A stretch of DNA of 64,000 bases. It comes from Patescibacteria group bacterium. Lineage in GTDB: Bacteria > Patescibacteriota > Microgenomatia > UBA12405. Numbering within the stretch: position 1 is the stretch's first letter; the number at the start of each line of letters is the position of its first letter. A program made the position numbers and the translations under genes. Below, in pieces: positions 47,138 to 57,103 of this stretch. The stretch is taken from NCBI GenBank assembly GCA_013387215.1, contig WARW01000022.1, positions 5,357 to 69,356 of the forward strand, written 5' to 3'. The notes under the pieces were generated by a model that saw nothing but the letters and a program-made list of their open reading frames with translations, was not told where the DNA came from and made no database searches.

Positions 47138-48787
47138 ATGTTGCGTAAAAACCTTATTTTGTTTTTAATCTTATTGTTGGCTATTTTTTTAAGATTTGTT
47201 CGGTTAGATTATTTGGAACTTTTTGGTGATGAAATAGATGCTGGGTATCAATCATATTCTTTAGCTGAAACAGGAAGTGATTACAAGGGAGATTTCCTTC
47301 CTTTGTATGCTCATAGCTTTTCTGAGTGGCGGGCTCCCTTGATGATGTACTCAATGATACCTTTTATTAAAATATTTGGTCTTAATGAATGGGGTGTAAG
47401 AAGCTATTCTGCTTTTTTTGGCATTTTAAGTATCTTGGGGTTTTATTTTTTACTAAGGAAAGTTGGTGTTAAAAAATCAGTAGCATTATTAACTAGTTTT
47501 ATGTTGACGATTGTTCCTTGGCACATTCAATATAGTCGATCAGCTTTTGAATTAACCTTATTATCTAGTTTAATTATTTGGGGTTTATATTTTTTAATTG
47601 ATTATTTAGAAAATAAAGGAAGCTGGAAAATACCAGTTAGCGCACTTTTATTATCATTGAGTTTCTATACTTATAATACTGCCAACGTTTATGTCCCGTT
47701 ATTAATTTTGGTGGCAGGTGTTGGTTATTTTATTAAATCAAAAAAAGTAGTATTTAAACCATTTTTAGTTTTATTGATGTTAATGTTTGTTTTGAGCCTT
47801 CCAGTGTTAATCCAAATTTTTACTGGACATGGAGCAGACAGATTCGAAAAGTTTTCTGTTTTTGGTGATAAAGATGCTTTAACAAAAATTAATAGTTATA
47901 GAAACGAAAGCAACAATTCTTTGTTGTCAAAAATATATTACAACAAACCAGTGTTTGCAGTTAAAAGCATTGCTTTTAATTATGCGAATGCTTTTAGTTC
48001 TGATTTTTTGTTTGGCAGAGGCGATGTTACATTTAGACATTCTTTGCATAATGTGGGAAATTTGTTTTGGATACAATTAGTTTTAATTGTTGTTGGATTA
48101 GGTTTATTTTTCAAAAAAAATAAAAAAACATTTGGCGATTATCTAATGATTGGATTTTTGTTGGTTTCCCCTATTCCTTCAAGTCTTACAGTGGATGGAG
48201 CCTATCACGCATCAAGGTTATTTTTAATGGTTTTTCCTTTAGCATATTTTTCTGCCGAAGGATTGGCTTTTATTTTTAGATTCAAAAAAATGTTTGGATT
48301 AATAGCTGTTTTGATTTTGGCCTTTGAGTTTTCATATTTTCAATATTATTATTGGAATTCTTATCGATCTGAATCATGGAGATGGTGGCATTTTGGTTAT
48401 AAACAAATTATGTTGAGTGAAGCAAATTATGACAGTCAATACAAAAAAGTTTTAATAGATAACACCTATGAACCATCTTTAATTAGATATTTGTTTTGGA
48501 ATAAAATAAGCCCAAAGAAAGTACTGGGTTTTGATGATAAAACAGTTTCTAAAAGTGTCGATGGTTATGATGGTTTTTGTTTTAATGGTAAAGCCTGTTT
48601 TGTTGATTTTAACGGCAGATTGTCTGGTGAAAAAATGGATAAAGATAGCCTTTATATTATTAATCAAGAAAAAAATGTTGGTGGAGATTGGGATTGGAGT
48701 AAAAATACACCTGATGGAATTAAAGTTTTAAGTGTAGTCAGAAACCCAAATAATGAACCATTATTTTATCTTGTTTGCAAGAAATAA
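47138..48787 (+). CDS. GT-C glycosyltransferase, GT39/PMT/ArnT-like (PMT_2), paralog
   Basis: VRLDYLELFGDEIDAGYQSYSL...YAHSFSEWRAPLM is the loop-1 motif. The C-terminus has WHFGYKQIMLSEANYDSQYKKVLIDNTYEPSLIRYLFW. Confidence 0.75.
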   Translation: MLRKNLILFLILLLAIFLRFVRLDYLELFGDEIDAGYQSYSLAETGSDYKGDFLPLYAHSFSEWRAPLMMYSMIPFIKIFGLNEWGVRSYSAFFGILSILGFYFLLRKVGVKKSVALLTSFMLTIVPWHIQYSRSAFELTLLSSLIIWGLYFLIDYLENKGSWKIPVSALLLSLSFYTYNTANVYVPLLILVAGVGYFIKSKKVVFKPFLVLLMLMFVLSLPVLIQIFTGHGADRFEKFSVFGDKDALTKINSYRNESNNSLLSKIYYNKPVFAVKSIAFNYANAFSSDFLFGRGDVTFRHSLHNVGNLFWIQLVLIVVGLGLFFKKNKKTFGDYLMIGFLLVSPIPSSLTVDGAYHASRLFLMVFPLAYFSAEGLAFIFRFKKMFGLIAVLILAFEFSYFQYYYWNSYRSESWRWWHFGYKQIMLSEANYDSQYKKVLIDNTYEPSLIRYLFWNKISPKKVLGFDDKTVSKSVDGYDGFCFNGKACFVDFNGRLSGEKMDKDSLYIINQEKNVGGDWDWSKNTPDGIKVLSVVRNPNNEPLFYLVCKK

Positions 48788-50283
48788 TCAGGAAGGTTTA
48801 GATTTAAATTAGTCATAGATCGGATTTCTTGTCTTCTAGACAATAATATAGTTCCTGGTGAAGAAGGATTATCGTCATTATAAGTCTTTATAGTTTGAGG
48901 AAAATAGGTAGCTTCAAAGAATCTTCCTGACTCTCCATTAGCATCATGGATACTTTGTGAGATTAAAGGCATTAGATTTCTTTTGGCTGCTTCTTTGGCA
49001 AGAATTTCATAAGCTGGATAGTATTTAAATGTTCCAACAATGTTTTCAGTAAATTTTGGATAGGTGTACCAATAATATTTTACAAAATCAAAATAATTTA
49101 TGGCTATAAGAACAAATATCGAAAGAGTGGACAATTTTCCAAGTAATTTTTTATATTGCCAAAGTGTAATAATGCCGAGTGTGGATAACAAAGAAAACGA
49201 TGGGATTATAGCCATAATACGACTAGCGCGATGTACTGAATTAACAAACCCGTAAAATAAAGTTGAAGTAAAAAATATAATTAATATCAGTTTCCAAAAA
49301 TTATTTTTTTTGACAGATTGATAACAGCCGATGACAAAAAATGGCAATGTGGCAAGCAAAAACATTCCATGACGTTGAGTAGAATGATAAAGCGTGTCGT
49401 CACCTTTGATAAATAAAAAGGTTGGGTCGAAAGTTGAAAGATAGGGATAGAAAAATTCATAAACACTACTTAAATGAACACTCATGTTATCGAAAACTGC
49501 TCCTGGATATTTTTGCTGAAGAATAGGAATAATAGCAAAAAATGGAAAAATAGATATAGAAAAAGCAAAAGCATCATAAAAAAATTTTTTAAAATTGAAC
49601 TTAGGTAAAAAGTTTAGTGATAACAAATATACAATTGAAGCTATTCCGCAAATTGGTACAGTTGCTCTCATGCCTTTATAAGTGTAAAAACTGATTCCTA
49701 GAGAAATAGCGGAATATATTAAATGCTTTCTTTTATTATTTTGAGTAAACAATAAGAGACCAATGAGCCAAATTATTACGAATGGAATGGGCATGATATT
49801 ATCAAGTCCCATGTGAGATTGGATCATAATTAAAGGTATAGTTAAAAATACAAAGAACGATAAAAACGATGCTTTAATGCTGCTAAATAAGCGATAAGAA
49901 AGAAAAAACAATAAAATAGAGCTGGTGATAGTTATCAAAACGCTGCTTAAACGAAGATTAAAAATTGATGCGCCAAAAAATTTAAAAAATACAGCTAAAT
50001 AATATTGCGTAACTGGCTGGCGCCAATCTTTACCGTCTATTGAAAGAACAAAAAAAGGCAAAAATCGGCCATTCTGATCATGACCGTCTTTGGCTAATAA
50101 GGTTGCATTATATCCAAAAGCAGCTTCATCAACAGTAAGACCGGTTGGTACCTGCATTACTCGATATGAAAAAAAGATAGTAATAAATATGGATAATGTT
50201 AAAAGTGATAGAACCAAAACCAAAATTCTTTTATTTATTTTTTGAAAATGTTTTTTAGCTTTTGCCATTTTTGACCAGACCAT
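48766..50283 (-). CDS. GT-C glycosyltransferase, GT39/PMT/ArnT-like (PMT_2), paralog
   Basis: MQVPTGLTVDEAAFGYNATLL is the loop-1 motif and the protein is polytopic. It overlaps the convergent gene 47138..48787 by 22 nt. An alternative start at 50268 (MAKAKK) is possible. Confidence 0.7.
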   Translation of the reverse strand: MVWSKMAKAKKHFQKINKRILVLVLSLLTLSIFITIFFSYRVMQVPTGLTVDEAAFGYNATLLAKDGHDQNGRFLPFFVLSIDGKDWRQPVTQYYLAVFFKFFGASIFNLRLSSVLITITSSILLFFLSYRLFSSIKASFLSFFVFLTIPLIMIQSHMGLDNIMPIPFVIIWLIGLLLFTQNNKRKHLIYSAISLGISFYTYKGMRATVPICGIASIVYLLSLNFLPKFNFKKFFYDAFAFSISIFPFFAIIPILQQKYPGAVFDNMSVHLSSVYEFFYPYLSTFDPTFLFIKGDDTLYHSTQRHGMFLLATLPFFVIGCYQSVKKNNFWKLILIIFFTSTLFYGFVNSVHRASRIMAIIPSFSLLSTLGIITLWQYKKLLGKLSTLSIFVLIAINYFDFVKYYWYTYPKFTENIVGTFKYYPAYEILAKEAAKRNLMPLISQSIHDANGESGRFFEATYFPQTIKTYNDDNPSSPGTILLSRRQEIRSMTNLNLNLPDYFLQTR

Positions 50284-51047
50284 AAAATGGAGGTTAAAAT
50301 GTAATGATTTAGGTAGCCATGATATTTAATACTACTTGGGATAAGACGCCGCCACTGATTGGATGCTGAAGCGAGTTTGGAACCGCTTGCACCATGCCGA
50401 TGAATTACTTTACAGTCTGGAAAATAGACAATATTTTTGTGTTGTTGGTGAATGCTGCGGCAAAGATCCATGTCTTCAAAATAGAAAAAATATTTTTCAT
50501 TCCAACCGCCAATTTTTTCAAAAAAGTCTTTTTTAATCAATATTGCCCCACCTGAAATTGACCAAACATTTGCCAATTTTAAGGGTGAATATTTTGAATA
50601 TGATGGAATGCTTAACCAATATTCCTTAATAGCATTAAAAATTGTTTGGGGAGGAAAAACAGATGCTTGAGTTGTTAAGTCAATATTTAGAAATTTTGGA
50701 CCGATAGCTCCAATTTCAGGATTCTTTTTTATATATTCAAACATTAATTCAAGACTTGAGTCGATAAATTCCATGTCAGAATTTAAAAATAAAAGATATT
50801 CCCCTTCTGCTTTTTTAACACCAATGTTGTTTGCTTTTGAAAAACCAAGATTAGCTTTATTTTCGACAATTTTAAGATGGCCGATTTTATTTAGTCTGGC
50901 GACAGTGTCATCTTCAGAACCATTATCAACAACAATTATTTCATAATTTATATGTTCTATATATTTTTTAATTGTTTTTACACATTTAATGGTAATATCG
51001 GCAGTATTCCAAGTTACTATGATAATACTTAAATCGAATTTGGTCAT
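50235..51047 (-). CDS. GT2 family glycosyltransferase
   Basis: LSIIIVTWNTADITIKCV...YEIIVVDNGSEDDTV...FYFEDMDLC are GT2 motifs. Confidence 0.8.
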   Translation of the reverse strand: MTKFDLSIIIVTWNTADITIKCVKTIKKYIEHINYEIIVVDNGSEDDTVARLNKIGHLKIVENKANLGFSKANNIGVKKAEGEYLLFLNSDMEFIDSSLELMFEYIKKNPEIGAIGPKFLNIDLTTQASVFPPQTIFNAIKEYWLSIPSYSKYSPLKLANVWSISGGAILIKKDFFEKIGGWNEKYFFYFEDMDLCRSIHQQHKNIVYFPDCKVIHRHGASGSKLASASNQWRRLIPSSIKYHGYLNHYILTSILWSGQKWQKLKNIFKK

Positions 51048-53323
51048 CTTTTTTTATTAATAAACAAGGTAAATCCGAGTATAAAATATATACCAACAAA
51101 TAGGCAGGTAATAGTTTTACCTTTCTGAAAACTATCAGGAGAATAATATATATTAATATTATTATTCCCTGCAGGAACCGGTATTGATTGAAATGTTTGA
51201 TTATATATATTTACCGGAATATTTTTTGAGTTTAACTGTGCCTTCCAACCGGTATCCCAAGTATTGGTCAAGATTATATTATTAGGAACAGAAGAGGAAT
51301 AGGAAATTAAAATTTGATTTGGTTGATAGCTGATAACGTTTATACTTGATTTAGAATCTGAATTGTCTGAAAATCTGAAGCGTGGTTGAAATTTTTGGTT
51401 TTCCAAAAGAACAATATTGTTTTCTTCATCAACCTTTTTCCAGTCTTTAATGTTAATTTTTGGATTAAGAAATGTGCCATCGGAAGTGATTTTGTATTGC
51501 TTGTCGTATTTAAAAGCGATTAAATAGCGAACATTAGCTTCACCAAGCTTTTGGGCATCAAAATAATCTAATTCAGAGTATCTTGAGCTATTAGAACCGA
51601 CTGGAGCGAAGTTTAGTGTTTGGTTATAAAAAGTAGTATATCTGTCAAAAGCTAGTGGTTCGTAACCCGAGGTGCTTTGTAATCGATAAGCAGCCCAAGT
51701 GTTTGGAGGAAGCAGAGCCCCCCTTTCTTTTTCTACTCTAAAAATACCGGGTTGTTGTTTTAAATAGTCAATTATTGGTGTAGATGGATAGACTAAATTT
51801 TTATTAACAAACGGAATATATTTCCAGCCAAATCTAAAAAGATCAGCAACCAAAATAATTAGAATCAAAACTTTACTTATATTTTTATTCTTAAATAAAA
51901 CAATAGAAAGTGAAATTGAAAATAAAATCAGACAAGGAACAAACATGTTTCTAAAAGCTATGTTTAGATTTGTAAACAGAGTTTGATTAAAGTCTGATTG
52001 TGTTTTTAAAACATGCTTAATTATAAAAATCATTAATATCGATATGGCAACAAATGCAAATAAACCCCAATAGTAGCGAATAAAATCTTTAATTTTTATT
52101 AATTTCAAATTATTTATGAAATATGAAGTTAAAACCGCAATGCAAAAGGTAAAAATAATTGTAGTTCTGCCAGCGGCGCTTGTTGAAATAGCTGGAACTT
52201 TCATAATATAGATTAATTTCCCAACAGGATTGTTTGTTACAAGCAATAAGGAAAGAATTGAGAAAATAACAAAAAACTTTTCATTAGTTATTTTTTTAAA
52301 ATTAAAAATACAAAAAATTAATGCCATTAAACCCAGAACACTGGCATATAAAATTGTTTCGTTGTAATCAAAAAATCCCCAATAATTAAACGTAGTTGGA
52401 TTGCCAAAAAAATCTGGAGCAAAAAGAGTTATAAGTTTTCCAATTGGAAGTAATCCATAATTTTGACTTTCAATAAAATTTTCACTGTATCTTATTGAGT
52501 TTTTTATAAGATCAAGAGTTGGCAGAATTTGGATGGCCATTAAGCCAATGCCCGTTATGCATACAGATAAAAAAAGAATAAGTGGTTTTACAACATTTTT
52601 TTTATGTAAATTAAATAATCTCCATAAAAAATAGGAACCAGAAATAAACGATCCAAAACAAAATAATTGTATATGGCCAGCAGCCATTAATAAAAATAAT
52701 AACAGTGGAAATGGAATTAAATATTTTGTATTTTTAGTTTGAAAATATTTTTCTATAAATAAAAACAACAAAGGAAGCCATAATAAAGAATACCCAGTGG
52801 TACCGTATAAAAGCCAAACAATTGAAAAACCACTGAAAGCATAAACTACAGATCCTATAATGGAACTTAATAAGTCTCTTTTAAGAGTTCTTAAAAAGAG
52901 ATACATAGTAAACAAGGAACCTATAGTTTGGCAGATTATTAAGTAGTTCCAACCTTGTATATTTCCAAACCAAACCATTAGGTAGTTGAACGGATTAAAA
53001 ACACCAGAATGAAAATCAGCAAGGATTGGAATGCCTGAATATGAATATGGATTCCAAAGTGGAATTTTGAAATTTTTGAAAGATTCCGCTATTAAACTTT
53101 TTTCAATGTAATTTATGGAATATACATCTGAAATCAAAGGATTTTTTACTGGAACACCGACTGCATATCCCCATTTTTGATTAAGCCAAGGATAATATGC
53201 ACCAGTCAACATATCTCCAGGAAAAGGAGATAATCCTTTAATAAATGTTTTCCAATAAAATAAAAAAGTTAAAGTAAAAAAGATGATAATAGCCACAAAA
53301 CCAAAATATTTTTTTATCTTCAT
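51044..53323 (-). CDS. YfhO-family GT-C-like polytopic membrane glycosyltransferase
   Basis: The 759-aa ORF has more than 14 predicted TM helices. The N-terminal loop reads FPGDMLTGAYYPWLNQKWGY...NPYSYSGIPILADFHSGVFNPFNYL, and the protein ends in a C-terminal TM. It is flanked on both sides by GT2 genes with 4-nt and 0-nt junctions. Confidence 0.55.
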   Translation of the reverse strand: MKIKKYFGFVAIIIFFTLTFLFYWKTFIKGLSPFPGDMLTGAYYPWLNQKWGYAVGVPVKNPLISDVYSINYIEKSLIAESFKNFKIPLWNPYSYSGIPILADFHSGVFNPFNYLMVWFGNIQGWNYLIICQTIGSLFTMYLFLRTLKRDLLSSIIGSVVYAFSGFSIVWLLYGTTGYSLLWLPLLFLFIEKYFQTKNTKYLIPFPLLLFLLMAAGHIQLFCFGSFISGSYFLWRLFNLHKKNVVKPLILFLSVCITGIGLMAIQILPTLDLIKNSIRYSENFIESQNYGLLPIGKLITLFAPDFFGNPTTFNYWGFFDYNETILYASVLGLMALIFCIFNFKKITNEKFFVIFSILSLLLVTNNPVGKLIYIMKVPAISTSAAGRTTIIFTFCIAVLTSYFINNLKLIKIKDFIRYYWGLFAFVAISILMIFIIKHVLKTQSDFNQTLFTNLNIAFRNMFVPCLILFSISLSIVLFKNKNISKVLILIILVADLFRFGWKYIPFVNKNLVYPSTPIIDYLKQQPGIFRVEKERGALLPPNTWAAYRLQSTSGYEPLAFDRYTTFYNQTLNFAPVGSNSSRYSELDYFDAQKLGEANVRYLIAFKYDKQYKITSDGTFLNPKINIKDWKKVDEENNIVLLENQKFQPRFRFSDNSDSKSSINVISYQPNQILISYSSSVPNNIILTNTWDTGWKAQLNSKNIPVNIYNQTFQSIPVPAGNNNINIYYSPDSFQKGKTITCLFVGIYFILGFTLFINKKR

Positions 53324-54199
53324 TTATTCTTCAAAAAGTTTAAAGATCTCTTTATCCGTGAGTTTTGGAAATACGATAGGTGCTGGATATTTTTTTATTT
53401 GTCTTTTAGCTGCTAAAATAATTTTTATATAATTTGGACCTGATAATACTCTACCAAATAATGATAGTTTATTAGATTTCAAAAGTTCTTTGTCAGTTAT
53501 GTTTCGCCAAACGTTTAAAAGTCGATTTCTTTCCTTGACATAATTTAAAAGTGATTTAGAAAATTTTGACATAGTAGCTTCATGATGATGTTCAATGATA
53601 CATTTTGGTTCCCATAAAAGTTTATAACCAGATTTCCAAGCTCTATATCCAAGATCAAGATCTTCCGAATAAAATGGTTCATAAACTGGATCAAATCCAC
53701 CGAGTTTAGTGAATATGGATTTTCTAATTATTGAGCTGCCACCAGAGACCCAAGCTGATATATGAGTATTACTAATATTTTTACCTGGTTCGTGTTGCAA
53801 GTATCCTTTTTTCCAAAAAATTTTGGCATAATTTTCATGGTTTTTTTCGGAAAAACCAACACCAAAAACTAATGGATCATCAAAATGTTTTAAAGCATTA
53901 GAAATATAGTTTTTTTCAGGGTTAATATCATTATTAAGCAAAACAACCAATTCACCTTTGGCTTGTTCTACTGCTCTATTGGAATTTTTTCCAAAACCTA
54001 AATTAACATCAGTTGAAAGAATTTTTAATTTTGGATATTTCTTTTGAAGCGACTGGGCAATCTCAAGACTGTTGTCTTGAGATGCATCATCGGCCAAAAT
54101 TACTTCTTGGGCTTCAGGGCTAGATGTAATTATTTTTTCGAGATTTTTTTTGAGAAGGTCTTTCCCATTCCAGTTAGTGACGATTACAGAAATTTTCAT
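53324..54199 (-). CDS. GT2 family glycosyltransferase
   Basis: ISVIVTNWNGKDLL...VILADDASQDNS...YSEDLDLGYRAW are GT2 motifs. Confidence 0.8.
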   Translation of the reverse strand: MKISVIVTNWNGKDLLKKNLEKIITSSPEAQEVILADDASQDNSLEIAQSLQKKYPKLKILSTDVNLGFGKNSNRAVEQAKGELVVLLNNDINPEKNYISNALKHFDDPLVFGVGFSEKNHENYAKIFWKKGYLQHEPGKNISNTHISAWVSGGSSIIRKSIFTKLGGFDPVYEPFYSEDLDLGYRAWKSGYKLLWEPKCIIEHHHEATMSKFSKSLLNYVKERNRLLNVWRNITDKELLKSNKLSLFGRVLSGPNYIKIILAAKRQIKKYPAPIVFPKLTDKEIFKLFEE

Positions 54200-54202
54200 G
54201 AA

Positions 54203-55384
54203 CTATTTTTTGATTATAGAAATAAATTGTTTTTCAAAATTCTCTTTCGAAAACTTTTGACAAATTTTTAGAGATTCTTTAGACATAGATTTAATTAAAT
54301 CTTTATCGTTTATTAATTTATTAGTATAAGAAACCAACTCGTCAATTGAATTCCACAAATAACCGCTAACTCCATTTTCAACAATTTCAGGAATACCACC
54401 TTTTTTAATAACAACAGGAACAAGACCGGAAATCATTGCTTCAACAATAGTAATTCCGAAATGTTCTGTGTTTTGAGGATTTTTCATTTCATCAACTTCG
54501 TATCCAGCTGCGTGCCAATAAATTGAAGAAAGAGAATAGATATTTTTTAAATCAGAAAAGTTAGGGTTGATAACAAATTCTACTGGAAGGTCGATTGCTT
54601 TTTCTTTAAGACATTTTAAATATGAATTATTGGAAGGATCAGTAATGCTTCCTCCAGCAAGAACTAGTTTCCAATCTTTGGTATGGTGTTTTTCATGAAG
54701 AAGTCTGAAGGCATCGATTAAGACATCCTGTTTTTTAGCATTTAAAATATTATCAAAGCGACCAACTGAAAGAATTATGTTTTCTTTGTCTGAATTGTTT
54801 TCAAATTTATCTATGTCGACTGGTGGATATATCACTTCTACTTTATTCTTATATGTTTGACTTTGGAATTTAGCCGTAAATTTAGAATTACAAATTACAT
54901 TTTTAATTAGTTTTAGTTTGAAGAAATCAGATACAGTGCGTTTTAAATTATTTGAAGAAGTAAAAGGTACTTGAACATGAAGAATATTATTCTTTGAAAA
55001 TAGAAATGGTGTACTGCCATCACTTAGATAGAACATTAAGTCGTATTTTTTAGTAGTATTGTATTTTTCTAAAATATTGAGAATTTTATGGTTTATTTTT
55101 TTAGGATTTACAGAATGATCAATTAATTTTAAAAGATTTTGTTTTTCTTCAATCAAATCGATGTGTTGTGGTTTGACACCAAAAATATCAGGGACTATAT
55201 TAAGGTTACTTAAATCTAGAGAGAACCTCTCTTGTGCCATTTCAATTAATTTTTGATTACCAGACCAAAAAATATCAACTTGATAACCATTTTTTAAAAG
55301 AATTTCGGCAACTGTAAGTACATACCTTTCTCCTCCGCCAAGTGTATCTAGATATGGATCATAGATAGCAGCTTTTTGTTGCAT
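54203..55384 (-). CDS. GT4 (GT1-fold) glycosyltransferase
   Basis: DPYLDTLGGGERYV is the GT4 N-domain and EHFGITIVEAMISGLVPVV is the E-x7-E C-domain motif. Confidence 0.8.
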   Translation of the reverse strand: MQQKAAIYDPYLDTLGGGERYVLTVAEILLKNGYQVDIFWSGNQKLIEMAQERFSLDLSNLNIVPDIFGVKPQHIDLIEEKQNLLKLIDHSVNPKKINHKILNILEKYNTTKKYDLMFYLSDGSTPFLFSKNNILHVQVPFTSSNNLKRTVSDFFKLKLIKNVICNSKFTAKFQSQTYKNKVEVIYPPVDIDKFENNSDKENIILSVGRFDNILNAKKQDVLIDAFRLLHEKHHTKDWKLVLAGGSITDPSNNSYLKCLKEKAIDLPVEFVINPNFSDLKNIYSLSSIYWHAAGYEVDEMKNPQNTEHFGITIVEAMISGLVPVVIKKGGIPEIVENGVSGYLWNSIDELVSYTNKLINDKDLIKSMSKESLKICQKFSKENFEKQFISIIKK

Positions 55385-55397
55385 AATTTATATTACC

Positions 55398-56192
55398 TTA
55401 AATTTTATTATTTTGCTTTTGTTGAATTTCCCAAAGACGGGCATAAATTATAAAAGTATCAAAAGATTCAAAAATTGCTGATATCCAACCAACTGTCCCA
55501 TCTTTCCACATTTTTTGTTTAATCAAGCGTTCATATAATTTGGTAATCATCATTCGTATGATTCTCCACCAAACTATCGGAGGATGATTACTTTTGTAGA
55601 GAGCCTGAGCTTCCATATCTGTCCAGACTAAGGTCTTATTTATCATAGATGATAAATCGCGATGTGTGTAATGGAGCAAGTCAGATTTTAAGTAGCTTAG
55701 AGGTCCTTCAACAATCGGTTCTTCATGGAGTATACCTTGGTATCCTTTAAAATATTTTTTTTGATAAAGCCTTTTGACATAATCAGGATATGAGCCGCCA
55801 TGTCTGACTCTTTTTCCTAAAAAATAGTTAGCTCTGGGAATTACATAATAAGCTGATGGATTATTTTTTTTACTAATAGCAGATAAAATTTCAGTTTTTA
55901 AAATTGGAGTAATTCTTTCATCAGCATCGATGTACAAAATCCAGTCTTTTGTAGCATTCTTATACCCTAAATTACGCCATTTTGTGAAGTTTTTATTATA
56001 TTCGTCGTTGGTTTTAACTATTTTTATTTCAGGAATTGTTGTTTTTGCTAATGAAACAGTATTGTCAGATGAGTTGGCAGCAACCATAACAATTTCATCA
56101 GCCCAGTCGCAAGATTTTAAGCAATCCACTATCATTTTCTCTTCATTTCCAGCGATGATAACGATTGAAAGATTATTCGATTTCATTGCCAA
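55398..56192 (-). CDS. GT2 family glycosyltransferase
   Basis: LSIVIIAGNEEKMIVDCL...IVMVAANSSDNT...YIDADE are GT2 motifs. Confidence 0.8.
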   Translation of the reverse strand: MAMKSNNLSIVIIAGNEEKMIVDCLKSCDWADEIVMVAANSSDNTVSLAKTTIPEIKIVKTNDEYNKNFTKWRNLGYKNATKDWILYIDADERITPILKTEILSAISKKNNPSAYYVIPRANYFLGKRVRHGGSYPDYVKRLYQKKYFKGYQGILHEEPIVEGPLSYLKSDLLHYTHRDLSSMINKTLVWTDMEAQALYKSNHPPIVWWRIIRMMITKLYERLIKQKMWKDGTVGWISAIFESFDTFIIYARLWEIQQKQNNKI

Positions 56193-57103
56193 CTTCCTTT
56201 AGCAGTTTTATTAATATAAAAATCAATAATAGCTTGTTTTTTCCACTTTGATTCGGAAGATAAAAGCATTTTTATGGATTCACGAAATAAGGCAAACTTA
56301 GCTCTTAAATTAGCGTAGCGAAAAGCGAATATTAATCTGTTTCTAGTTATAAAATAGTTATGGAGTTCTCCGCCACTTTTTGATGAGCCTGCATTAATGT
56401 GCCAGATAACAGATTTGGGAATATAAGCTAGTTCGTAGCCTTTTAGTTTTGCTTTTTGGCAAAAGTCGACATCTTCAAGATACATGAATAACTTTTCGTC
56501 TAGAAGACCAATTTCGTTAAATATTTTAGATTCAATAAGCATGCAGCAACCACTAATAAAATCAATCGAAGTGTTAATTTGATCAAATTGTCCTTTATCG
56601 ACTTCATCAACGCCAATATTACTTCCAAGGATATTATCCCAATCCATTTGTCCACCTGCTGCCCAGATAACTTTACCACGTTCACTTTTTTTATATCGAT
56701 CATAATGATATTCAAAGCCTGGAGCAAAATATATTTTTGGACCTAGAATTTTATATGATGGGTTTTTTTGAGCAGAAGAAAATAGATTTTCTAAAAAATT
56801 TGGATCAACAAGAACATCATTGTTGATCAATAAAACATAATCAAACTCTTTTTTTAGAGCGAAACGAATTCCAAAATTATTACCTCCAACATAACCAAGA
56901 TTTTTTTGAGTTTCCAAAATAACTACGTGTTTATTTTTTTCGTAACAATCAGTAAATTGTTTTAGTGAATCATCAGCTGAACCATTATCTATCAATAATA
57001 TTTGATAATCAAAAGATGGATGTCTAATTTTTAGAATTGAATCAACAGCATCAATGGTTAGTTGCGGTTTTTGCCAATTTAGGACAATGATGGCTATTTT
57101 CAT
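56183..57103 (-). CDS. GT2 family glycosyltransferase (rhamnosyltransferase-like)
   Basis: IAIIVLNWQKPQLTIDAV...ILLIDNGSADDS...MYLEDVDFC are GT2 motifs. Confidence 0.8.
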   Translation of the reverse strand: MKIAIIVLNWQKPQLTIDAVDSILKIRHPSFDYQILLIDNGSADDSLKQFTDCYEKNKHVVILETQKNLGYVGGNNFGIRFALKKEFDYVLLINNDVLVDPNFLENLFSSAQKNPSYKILGPKIYFAPGFEYHYDRYKKSERGKVIWAAGGQMDWDNILGSNIGVDEVDKGQFDQINTSIDFISGCCMLIESKIFNEIGLLDEKLFMYLEDVDFCQKAKLKGYELAYIPKSVIWHINAGSSKSGGELHNYFITRNRLIFAFRYANLRAKFALFRESIKMLLSSESKWKKQAIIDFYINKTAKGSWQ

